Assembly (NCBI GenBank): GCA_002633005.1 | Contig: NMRA01000266.1 | Location: 198,544-262,543, forward strand | Length of the DNA: 64,000 bases | Direction of reading: 5' to 3' | DNA from: Phoronis australis | Taxonomy: Eukaryota; Animalia; Phoronida | Part shown: one piece after another, positions 1-10,327 of the stretch | Layout of the letters: each line of letters opens with the position of its first letter | Position numbering within the stretch: position 1 is the stretch's first letter | Program-made: the position numbers and the translations under genes | The notes under the pieces: generated by a model | What the model was told of the DNA's origin: nothing | What the model saw: only the letters and a program-made list of their open reading frames with translations | Database searches by the model: none

Positions 1-201
1 AAACAATAACATGTTCCCTAAGCAGGGTATTTTGAAAATGTGGGTCAATTGGTGTGAATCGGTTTTCGTCTTAATTTCGTTTCTTAAGAAGTCATAGTCC
101 GTTGGCTTGTGCAGATATGCCAGCAGATGTAGAGTTTTGTGTACAGCTGTGTTATTTCTTTGCTATATAGACTAAGTTCAACAATTTCCAACTGACAGCA
201 G

Positions 202-602
202 GGCCCGGTCTTCAATCTTTTTTCTCGAAATGGAACTCGAAATTAGGTTTGGCATTTTCTATTCTACTTTTGGACGAACTCAAGATAAGTGTCTATTATT
301 CTATGCTCGAGTACACAATAACTTACGTAGATAATTTATTGCCCTTAGTTCACAGTTTGTAAACCCAATATTAAAGCAATAAGTTTGAGTTTGAACTCGA
401 AATTTCGAGTTTTTACTCGAGTTTGTAGCACGAATATAAGAGTCTTCAAGGGCAAACTTGAACTAGAAACTCCTATGCATAAACTATATTGTATTCGAGC
501 ACAGTCTGATAACCAATTATCTTAAGTTCGCACAAAAGGAGCAGAGAAATTGCCAAAAATAGTTTCGAGTTCATTTCGAGTACAAAGATTAGAGACTGGG
601 CC
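202..602. mobile_element. PIF/Harbinger-like MITE (long imperfect palindrome)
   Basis: Ends ggcccggtcttcaatcttt / aaagattagagactgggcc are inverted repeats, and the similarity continues >100 bp inward (ctcgaaatggaactcgaaa...gaactcaagataa). Flanked by cag (199-201, 603-605). A diverged partial copy starts near 63828. Confidence 0.75.
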
Positions 603-655
603 CAGAAGGTCCTGGGTTCGAGTCCCGGTCGGATGCAGAAATCTTTTCGGACTCA
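603..655 (+). mobile_element. tRNA-derived SINE head fragment (B-box only)
   Basis: ggtcctgggttcgagtcccggtcgg forms a T-arm/B-box (GGTTCGAGTCCC); there is no 5' half of a tRNA. Confidence 0.45.
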
Positions 656-3555
656 TATTCATTAGGTGACGTGATGTGACCAAAAAGATGGCGGATTGAA
701 CGGGATAAACTGATTGCGGTTGGAATGACTGTTACTATGGCATCAGTGACGCCAGTGAGTGGTTTTATAATGACCAGAGCAACCATGTTCACGAGCTGGA
801 GACATGTTGTCAAATCCTGTGATAGATTTCAAATTTGATATTTCCCAGGGCATTTGAAACGTAATTTCGTTCGCCTAGAACCTTACTATATTTTAAAGTG
901 GCGCCTTTTGAATTCGTTCATATTTTTGTCTCGTTCTTTGGTATATACACATTTTATGAATATTTTTTATTTGATCGGATAGAGCTGCTGACATGTCCTT
1001 AAGTTGGGTGGGATAAGTGATTCGGCTACTAAAAGATCAGACCTTAGAACCCACTCCGGAATGTCGCTCAAAACTACTGAAAATGAAGAAAATATGGCTG
1101 GTGCACGGTTTTACAATCGACAGGAATTGATAAAAGCATACATTGTGAGCTTCAAAAAATTGCATCACGTTTGGTTTGAAATGAACTACCATTCTCAAAA
1201 GTGACTGCTAGATGGCGATGGTCTAAATGTTGTCCGAATTTCGGAAATTGTGTATGTTTCTTGTCTCTAGGTGTATTTCCTGTCACAGTTGCTGTCTTGT
1301 TCGTGTACGTCATTAATGCAAAAGGTATTAGAATAGAACACGCGTCTGGCGTCAAGCTCGGAATTAGTTTAGTGCACCACAAGGACGAACTTCAGCTTGC
1401 TAAGGTATTACTGGTGTATCACGTTTCGTGCGCATTTGCTTAATGATCAGTCACAACCATGTATCAGCACATGTCAGTGGATGTTCGCCTAGAGTGGGCA
1501 TCAGTCAACACCAACTACATGACAGTTCATGTACGCTTTCGGCAGTCAACCCCCGCTTAATCCAAGCGTTCTGTAAATAGCTATCGCATCGTTTGATTGA
1601 CTCAAACAATGACGACACGTACATGTATACTGTAACTCATCATCGCGTTCAAGTGACTCAATAAATGAAGACACGTACACTGAAACTCATTAACGCGTTT
1701 TTCCATGAAGAGTTAATGGTTTTCTCGACCACGCAGTCATATTTTAAGCACAAAGTCGTGAAACAAAGTCAGAAAAGTACTATTTTTGCTAAAAAAAATT
1801 ATAGTTTTTTTTCTGCATTTTTGAATCCAATTTGTAGAATATTTTTTCGAAATGGCGCCTGAGTGTCATACTGGACTGTGTACACATTCAGTTGTTTAAT
1901 ATAAACCAAAATGGCATCATTGGACTACATGCACGTATTGCTTGGTGTGTTTTGTTCCAATATGTATTGTTCAAGGAATTGTTGATGGCTGTAAAGTGTG
2001 CACAAATGTCAATTGGCCGTCATTTTTGATTGAAATTCACCTGTGAAAATTCTGTCAAAATAACAAAATTCTCCTGGTTGACTGCGTACAATTTCTTGTC
2101 TGAAATATTAATGAGATATATTCTTGAAATTTGACCTGTCGGCCACAGCAGATGATTTCGAAAGAAGATATGGATACTATTCAGAAACACGACTGGCTGG
2201 TTTAAATCTAATATTCTGATTCGCAATGCATGCATTCATCATAAGGGAAATTATAAACTTATTAATTACAAATTATAAAATTTTCCTTCGTACGATTTTC
2301 CATAATTGTGAATTGTGTCATTCTTTCTGGAGATTTTCTCACAGGGGAAAGTGAATTACTTTGTCCTGGACGTTGCGAGATGGTACTTTGGTCAGGAATT
2401 GTTTAAAACATATTTTTGACGAGCTTTTACGTGTTTCTTTAACATTCATCAAAATACATGTAGAAACCGACTTTGGAGATAAAAGTCTAACCTCGAATCC
2501 TGTTTTTAACTTTATACCAGCGAATACTGTAAACGGTGCCTTAACATTAGCTGTGGATGCGATTTGTGCACGGTATCATATGAAAAATAATGTTACGTGA
2601 AAGGCTGAGGAGTATTAACTACACGTACCTCGATGTAGCTTCTATCTTGCAAAGTCAGATGATAGTTTACATGTACACACGATGCTTAATGTTATTTTGT
2701 CAACACTTTTGACAAAGTAAATTAAAAATTCTCGCAACTGTAGTGAAATATTAACACCGGTTTGTACGTTTTCACCGTCACATGGGGATTGAGTGGTTGA
2801 GGCATCATTTTCATTACCCCAGCAACAAGACATATTTCCTGTCGAATGCAATTAACACCACTAAGATTTAAAGCAGTTTTCAAATTGAACTAATATATTG
2901 GTTGGAAAAGCTAATCTACATGTATTTTCACCAAGAATGAAAGTGTGGCATATTCTGAAAACGAATGGTTGTTTTTCACGACAGTCCCTGGCACTGTTAC
3001 ATGTAAATAATGCGTGCAGTTCGTGTGCATGTGTCTCGGTCCGTTTCAATCATAACATTATAACACGCAACAGATATGGCATTACCACAGATATGACTGT
3101 GTGCCAAGAATGTTTGCATATCCATGTACAATAAGTATTAAAAAGATGGACCTATTCTATAACTGCCTTTCCAAAGTAGGACGTGCGAGGTAAGTGGTTT
3201 AAGTGCACGTAAATAGGGCCGTCCACTTAAACAGCGACACTCGATTCTCGCTGTATTCATACCCCGTTTGGCGTAAACATCCGTCAGACATACAGTGTAT
3301 TTGATGGCTGCCTCGTCTTCGTGCCATTTGGAATTTCACATGTTGTACGTGCATGTTGTCGTCTGTTTCTTTACAACATTTTCTTCGTTGCAGTACATGT
3401 ATTCTATTCGACCTTCAAGTGTCCACGGAGTATCACCGCTGTTCTGTGGGTTACAACTTAGACGCGAGAAAAATTGACAAAATAGACAAATGCCGTGGAC
3501 GTGTGATCTGAACTTTCTGGCCTTCCCGATATCATTGAGAGACAAAGACATGTGC

Positions 3556-3711
3556 CTGGCGTGCGTTCAGTAACGCTAGGACCTACGCTAGGACCAAGCT
3601 AAAATCTAGTTTTAGTGACGTGCTCTCACTTAAAATACACGGAAATATGTCACGTTATCTCGCTAAGTCTTGCTTTTTAACGAGGTCCTAGCGTTACTGG
3701 GTGGGAGGCTG
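3556..3711. mobile_element. ~155-bp MITE family 1, copy 1
   Basis: ggcgtgcgttcagtaacgctagg...cctagcgttactg with subterminal inverted repeats; related copies at 25747, 27864, 47441 (reverse) and 58415. Confidence 0.8.
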
Positions 3712-3911
3712 ATTTCAAAAACGAGGTTATGCACTTTCTAAACTCCAAATTAGAGAGAGATCTATGGCAGTGCAATCTGGGCGGTCCTTATTATTGCGGT
3801 GCATCCATCTTATGAAGATTCAAACTCCGTGACTAGGTTTTCATGGCTTACGCGAACCTCAGCCACTAGAGCACGGCAACCCAAATGCCATAGTACCTTT
3901 CTGGCTAGGGA

Positions 3912-4391
3912 TTAGAACTTACTTAGAATGGACACGCCGATGTCAAATTTGATTCTCCTTTCCCTGCGAGGATGTTCCTTGAAGTACGTCATTTCAATCT
4001 GGTACATCCCAGGCAACATGTCGTTATAAACAGTAAGTGATCCATGATACGGGCGCCGTCTTCTGCTGATAACGTTTTGCTTATACTTAGTCTCGACGAT
4101 AATCAAGGGCATTGTAACATAGTCATAAAGCGTAATGAAATCGTCGTCCACGTAAAACTTATGGTACATCGTTTCGACTTTCAGGCTAAATACTGGGACA
4201 GGATTCCACTTAACTAAAAATCTGTCTCGTTGTTGGTCCAGTGGCGGATGAACAGAGAAGAGGCCGTTCTCTGAAAAAAAGTAAGGATTGTGCAATAGAC
4301 TGTAGTAAACCTTACTTCGCCCGTCTGGGTCACGGCAATGGTGGTATTGCGACTTGTTTTGTACGAAGTATCGGTTTTTGTAGTATGGTAC
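3912..4391 (-). CDS. Gene A terminal exon(s)
   Basis: Acceptor ctctggcag|G at 4391. C-terminus MLPGMYQIEMTYF...FDIGVSILSKF* aligns with MPAGVYNLVVIYY...ITMGVTVLSKNS* at 13736-13945. Confidence 0.65.
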   Translation of the reverse strand, partial: VPYYKNRYFVQNKSQYHHCRDPDGRSKVYYSLLHNPYFFSENGLFSVHPPLDQQRDRFLVKWNPVPVFSLKVETMYHKFYVDDDFITLYDYVTMPLIIVETKYKQNVISRRRRPYHGSLTVYNDMLPGMYQIEMTYFKEHPRRERRIKFDIGVSILSKF

Positions 4392-7300
4392 CTGCCAGAG
4401 AACATGAGTGTGTGTAAAGCACTCCGGAACGGGTTGCACTTTAAATTTAGTGGTAACTAGACAGAAATCATGTAGCAGCAGGATCGGCACAGTTGCAGAA
4501 TAGTGAGGTCAGAGTTCAACATTTTCAAACCCTGTCAGTTAAACTACTCAGTTGTGTGCGAGTGCTTCCCATTCAACATTTCAAGGTGTATTTTCCGAAT
4601 GCTTTTATAGTTGCCGTCTTCGCTGACCACAGCCAATTGGCATTTGTCAGTGAACACTAGTACTTGCAACGAGAATTGTTGTTTATGTTGGAGTTTTGTG
4701 CTGCATGAGAATGACTTGGAAGCTCGTCATATTGATGGAAAAGACAACGCTTTGGTCGACACACTGTTTAGAGTTTGATTCTGTTTGGCATGAAGTTTAG
4801 AATCCGCTTTTAAGGGTGTAGGAGTCGCGCAAGCCTTAGTAATTCGGATGTTTAGTGATGACGTGTCATTGGAGAAGATAACGTTACGTAATTTGGACCT
4901 ACAATAAGAATAGATCCGTCAAACGAATCCAAAACGTTACAATGACGTTAAAATGACGCCATGCTAAACATTCCTATGGAGCTTTTGCTATGCGCAGAAC
5001 GGTGAATGTTGGCCAAAACTCTTTTGTCCACTGACGTCACACGCATGCTGGCGCCCCCAGTGGAGGCCATGAGAACTCGTAAACCGAGTTAACCACTGAT
5101 TTAGCCTATCAGTACGGTCCACGTAGCATCAGACGAGTCATATATGGACTTGGATAATTCTATGTATCGTGACCTTCGTCAGTCCTCAAAATCTGAGAAT
5201 TAAGAGAACTAGAGTAGAGTAGATGAGGGCGAAGCCTTCAGACATCTTCGCAAGATCGTGGGATCTCGCCTTCTGTCCTTGCTGTGGTTGGTGTGGACGT
5301 GGATCGAGGGCAGGACCTGGTAGGCCGGTGGTGGTAGAGGTGGTGTTCTTGATCTTCTTCTGGAGACGAGACGCTGGCTGGATGGCAACAGCGTTATTGA
5401 CATCTTAGGTGTGAAGCTGGTTTGATGGCAACAGCTTAGAGTTTGATTCGCATAAAGCCGGCTTGTTGGCAACAGCTGTCATGCTACTGATTGGTTGTCT
5501 TTATACTGCCCCGTCGGGACAGTTTTTTTTTCGTTGTCTTTATACTGCCCCGACGCCCCTTCGGAACAGTTACCAGTGGCGCAGGGCCCAAACCCTTAGT
5601 GCTCCGGTAGAAGATTGTCACGAAATTTGGTTTTCTTTATACTGCCCCGTCGCCCCTTCAGAACACTTACCAGTTGCGCAGGGCCCGAACCCTTAGTGCT
5701 CCGGTACATGGTTGTCACCTTAGAATTAATAATGTATATGTGATAGGTTACATAGTGAATTCTAAGGTTGCGGCATGATAAATATTTTTGCTCAGTTGAA
5801 GCTTTGAGCTGAGTCCTGCGTCCGCGGGTACTGCGAATGACCGCGATACTTAAGTATGAAGAAGTTGTGTTTACGTTTCAGCTTCTCATGATTTACAGCA
5901 ATAATGCTGTCTCTGAGTGGAATGTGGCCGAACATTCAGTTATTTTGTTTTTCATTAAAATTTTGAAAGTCATGTCGACCAAAATGGTACGTTTTTGCTC
6001 AAAGTCGACTTACATTTACCAAAGGTTTGGCTAAATACCCGTAAATAGTTCCATTCAAAAACAGCACTGCCCGTGGCCTGGCACACAAACAAATATATCG
6101 ATATAGAGTATCTTCGTTTGAAACAAATGATGTCACATCACAGTGAGTCGAGTTACCAGTTGTGTAAACAAACTGCAGACTCTACATGAGGGGCTACCAT
6201 TGCAAAGTCTCCTAACCTCCATTGGGGGGCGCCAGAGTGCATGTGACGTCAGGTGGACAAATGGGTCTTGGCCAACATTCACCATTGTGCATGCATTACT
6301 GGCGAACGTGTGACGTCGACAAAATTAGCCCACTGTAGTCCAGTCTTGTTACATGGGCGGTAACAATATGTAGTCATCTGATCTCGCTTTAAGGCAGAGC
6401 GTGAGTTTCAATTACCGATTTGCTGTAACAGACCGATAGTTGTAAGCAATTTTTAATGTTTTTGAAAAGTTCAAATTTTCAGGAGGTGGTGGGTTTCAGT
6501 ACATGTGTGTTACCCGGTTGGTGGCACACATTTAATGCAACATGTGTTCGATTCTTCGGTAGCTCTTGCAGGAACTTGCAGGCATTCGGATGACTGTTCT
6601 GTTGTGGTCGATCTCGAATTTGAAAACGAATTTGAATTTCCTACGTTTTTGTTCAGGTCACGTGGATTTAGCAGGTCAGGAGAAAGAAACGATACATTGA
6701 ATTATATGGTTAAACAAGTAACTGAAGAAGTTGTTATCGAACCAAGTCAATTTTGAAGAAAAATTTCAAAAATTGGCATACCATTAACTCGGAACAAGCT
6801 TGGTCAAATTTATCTACATGTAAATCCTTAAATCTCAAAGTGGAGGTTATGCTAAAAAGATACTACATTCCACGTTATTCTATCAACAGATATGAAACGA
6901 CTTCCCCATGTAATTGCCTAAAGCAAAAGAATATTCCGTAAACTTAGTCAAACCTCAAAATTCCAAGTCAAATTCGAAAACTCCTTGTAAAATATTTTAA
7001 ATGGGTACGCGTGTCGTACGGGTGACAAGCGAGTTACACGCCACCTACAGGAAAAGTCCACTCACCATGACCCACAATGTCTGTAACACAGTGACTTACT
7101 AGAAACCTCGACGCAAGACGCTTGAAGACAGAAAGAGAGTAGGTTGAAAATTTTAAGATGGTTTAGTAACGTCTCAGTATACTTTGTTTGAATTTGAACA
7201 ACTTGGTGGACTCCATACACTCGAACATACTTTCACCTACAGTTGTATATAGTAATCGCCTCGAATTCAATTGAGCGGTAATGATTTTAGATACCTGGGT

Positions 7301-10149
7301 ACACTTTACATTCGTCCGGCAGGTCTGCTTCATAAGCACCCAGTTTTATGTACTTCCGTGTGCAGCTTCGTCCCCAGCAGTAGCTGCTTTCTTCGTCGGC
7401 CATCTTGCACTCGGAGATACATCCGGTGTAGTAGTTGTGAAAGCAAACATCATCCGAGAAACATTTCTGCATCAACCACGTTCCTGCGGAGACAACAAAG
7501 TACAGTAAATGAATATGTGTTCGAAAGCTGTCATATACTTAAAGCAAGTGATCCTTCCGACGGACCGTTACAGGATACCCATAGTAGACCACTTAAAGGT
7601 TATATGAAGATCACGCGTGTAAACGCGAGAGCAGGTAGAACTGGCCGGAAACGGACGACAGAGTAGGGAGAATTGATAGTTTTTCTCATGTCCCACTATA
7701 TGCAGATTTCGATAGCTGCGACTTTCAAATCTCACATTTAACGTACTCGCAGCTTAACTCTTTGCTGTTGGTGGCATAGTCGCCGACACAGAACTTTTTG
7801 TTGACACGAAATAATAAAATATCTAAAGCAAGACGAATGAGGCTGCATACAACACAGTGACAAAGAAAGCAGGTCCTGTCCCCCCAAGCGTAACATCATA
7901 GCTGTTTAGGACAACCGCGAATAAACCCGCAAGTGGGTTATTGATCTTTAATGAGTGAACTTCTAGAACATGTTTCTAGTCTCTGATGCACACATAACCA
8001 CATGGCTAAAATCTCACTCAGCAATGGCGGGGATGGAGGGAAAGACAACATTTCTGTCCTTATGTGTTAGGTCACTTTTCATGAAAGAGACCCAAGGTGT
8101 GCTTCGTGGAGCTTAGCTAACACTTCCATATTAGCAGCTCCGTTTCATGAACCTTCTAAAGCTACTGTAAACTGGCGTACCGCACGTACACGGACGAGCG
8201 ACAAAACGCTGTAGACCTGCTAACCGGACACGGAGCGACAAAATGATTATGAGCTTTACGCTATACAACTTGTCTCACTGTGTACTTTGCGCAAAGATTT
8301 CTGGTTTTGCAAAGGATTGGTATTTAGCAATTTTTCGCCGCGGCAACAATGAAATGGACTCCGTCGACCCTGGCTTTAAGCAACAGCTAGACGTCAGTTA
8401 TCTTGAAGAACAACTTTGGCCCCACTTATTACCAAGTCATCATCGGCTGGTAGGGATATTCTTGATCAGGTTTGAACCTCTGCCCTTTGGTCGCACCTGA
8501 TTATCAAAAGCGTGCCTTTCTTCAACACGTTGTGCCCATAAGATTTAGGGTATTTAAAGTGAAAACATGCACTATGTGAAACAGAAACCCAATCGAAATA
8601 ATAACATGTAAATGTTGCTTTTTTCAAAAGAGAGGCAATCTGAAATTTATTGTGGAGAATTAAGAACACGTTGCCTGTACATGTCATTTAAGTTGAGTAG
8701 AATCTTGCATTTTTAAAGAGACTGTTTCGTTTTAAAAGATGCGCTTAGGGGCGTACACCTGCAGTTTACTTGTGCCTTTTTATTTTTTTATGTGCTGATG
8801 ACGCAAAGACGGGGTCCAGGAATATTCCTGGGTTGACGTTCAGAATCAAAAGTAATGTCTGCGATGGAAGGCAGGTTTACAGCCGTTTTTAGACCAAAAT
8901 TAAGTATGAAATTGGCCTTAGCAAGGTTACCCGTTTGAGGAGTAAGCTTTTAGTCCGGGCTTTGCTAATCACAGCAAAAACGCCAGTACATTGCTTTAAG
9001 CCTATAATTGCCATCATAGTAAAATATTTATGAACAAATGTTGCTACAATGTCTCAAAATGGGAATTGCCTGCTTCTGATTCCAGAAGCGACCGAATTAA
9101 AGACAGAGTGCATTGCGATGTATTCATACTGCTGGGCTGAGGGTCTAATGTTTGGGAATGACATCAAGGAACTACAGGCATGGAATGCTATCCAGAGCTC
9201 CTCAGACCAATGCATTCTATAGTTAAACTTGCGACCAAAAGATTTCAGCGTATTGGCCAAGAGAGTTTGCTCGGTGAATTTCCGTGGACAGGCGATATTT
9301 TTAGTAAAGCTGGCATGGTCTCGTACTTCGTTAAAAAAGTATGAAGTCTTGCGTGACCTAGCTGTTTTGCAAGGAGCAAAGCCCACAAAAAATCTTTTAA
9401 TAGTGATCCATACAAACTAAAAGTCTCGCTTATTTTTTGAATTCGCCACACGTTGCTAAGTTGGCGGTATTGTAAGAAGTAATTGATAAGACCGTTGAAG
9501 CTTGAAGATCACTTACCGTCCTGGCCTGTGGTGAATCTTGTTAGGCATAGTACCAGCTGAGTTAAGCTGTAGACAAAGTGGAATAAACCTAATCCAGAAA
9601 AGAGATGCTAGAATTAACTCGACAGTCCATTGGAGGACAGTCGCCTGGGTCTACCAATTTGAGTACGAGCTAGGTGAGTTCACATCAATACAGCGCCCAT
9701 TGTAATCGGCCACTGAGGTCAACAGTCCTCGACCAATAGCCATTTTCAACATTTACTCCCCCTTTTGGGAAAATCGTAAAATAGTGACAATGACGCACTT
9801 TTCGGTAGATTGCCTGCAAGACATCGCCGAGAGGCTGGAATGCAGTCGTCTTTCAATAAAAGTGACTCATTGATCTAGTTGCTAGAATACTGGCAGATTT
9901 TTTCAATTTTATCTTTAAATTTCAACTTTGCTACGACACAGGTGGTATATGCAAGTATTTTGCAATGCTACGTCGATTGGCATCGTCAAAAACCTGCAAA
10001 ATAGCCTTATACTATCTAATCGTATATAACTTTCGTTAGCTAACATTTCGTGATGTCTATGCTGAATCTGTGAGGGTCAAAACGTTTTACAAATCGTGTC
10101 TGGTGATAACAAAGTTTTACCAATGAGAATGAAACTTACCTGGCGCCAT
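3912..10149 (-). CDS. Gene A: putative secreted Cys-rich protein of unknown family (~250-270 aa, >=5 coding exons)
   Basis: Exons 10149-10140 (acaATGGCGCCAG|gtaagt), 9588-9517, 7483-7295, 7120-7066 and 4391-3912 splice with matching phases to MAPGLFHFVYSLTQLVLCLTRFTTGQDGTWLMQKCFSDDVCFHNYYTGCISECK...SYCWGRSC...CYRHCGSWYHTTKTD...IKFDIGVSILSKF*. One unresolved frame change at 4271-4315. Supported by paralogous exons in gene B. Confidence 0.6.
4615..4825 (+). mobile_element. Gypsy LTR-retrotransposon remnant (RNase H C-terminus and polypurine-tract-like run)
   Basis: Degenerate TDH...WSFVLHENDLEARHIDGKDNALVDTLFRV* matches the Gypsy RNase H end (WSLxLQEYDxxIxHIxGKDNxxADALSR); followed by ttttaagggtgtagg. 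Confidence 0.65.
5490..5710. repeat. Local tandem repeats (3x tctttatactgcccc; 2x ~97-bp unit)
   Basis: tctttatactgcccc near 5498, 5537 and 5634; ttaccagt(g/t)gcgcagggccc(a/g)aacccttagtgctccggta near 5570 and 5667. Confidence 0.8.
7066..7120 (-). CDS. Gene A exon 4 (55 nt)
   Basis: Pyrimidine-rich acceptor ctctctttctgtcttcaag|, donor TG|gtgagt; reads (A)SCVEVSSKSLCYRHCGS(W), phase 1 to phase 2. Confidence 0.55.
7295..7483 (-). CDS. Gene A exon 3, Cys-rich module
   Basis: Acceptor tttgttgtctccgcag|, phase 1; CFSDDVCFHNYYTGCISECKMADEESSYCWGRSC; paralogous to 23911-24078. An alternative donor is possible at 7310. Confidence 0.7.
9517..9588 (-). CDS. Gene A exon 2, signal-peptide-like (duplicated at 11820-11891)
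   Basis: ag|GTTTATTC...CAGGACG|gtaagt; 72 nt, phase 1-1; GLFHFVYSLTQLVLCLTRFTTGQD. Confidence 0.6.
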
Positions 10150-10321
10150 TGTAAAGATTCTGTACATCAGCCAAAAAATCGTGCGCGTGCTTTAGCTATG
10201 CTGCAAAGCCCAAATTCAGCTTTAGAACACATAGTCTTCGTTCACGAGCGCGCAACGCAATTGAATTCCAGTAGTGACTTGTCGCGTTTAAACGTGGTCG
10301 ACTGGTGTGAGAATGTATTAG

Positions 10322-10327
10322 TTTATA
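10322..10327 (-). promoter_or_regulatory. Candidate TATA box of gene A
   Basis: TATAAA on the minus strand ~175 nt upstream of the ATG at 10149. Confidence 0.3.

Noticed and set aside
603-655. tRNA gene
   Set aside because: Only a T-arm/B-box; no acceptor stem, D-arm or anticodon arm.
5209-5472. ORF sharing AYQVL with the 18339-18584 ORF as a gene A exon
   Set aside because: A 5-residue match only, low-complexity context, and not needed for phase-consistent splicing.
9054-9451. 110-aa ORF repeated at 11353-11723
   Set aside because: No recognisable motif; the second copy is frameshifted; the repetition is explained by the duplication; it lies in a gene A intron.
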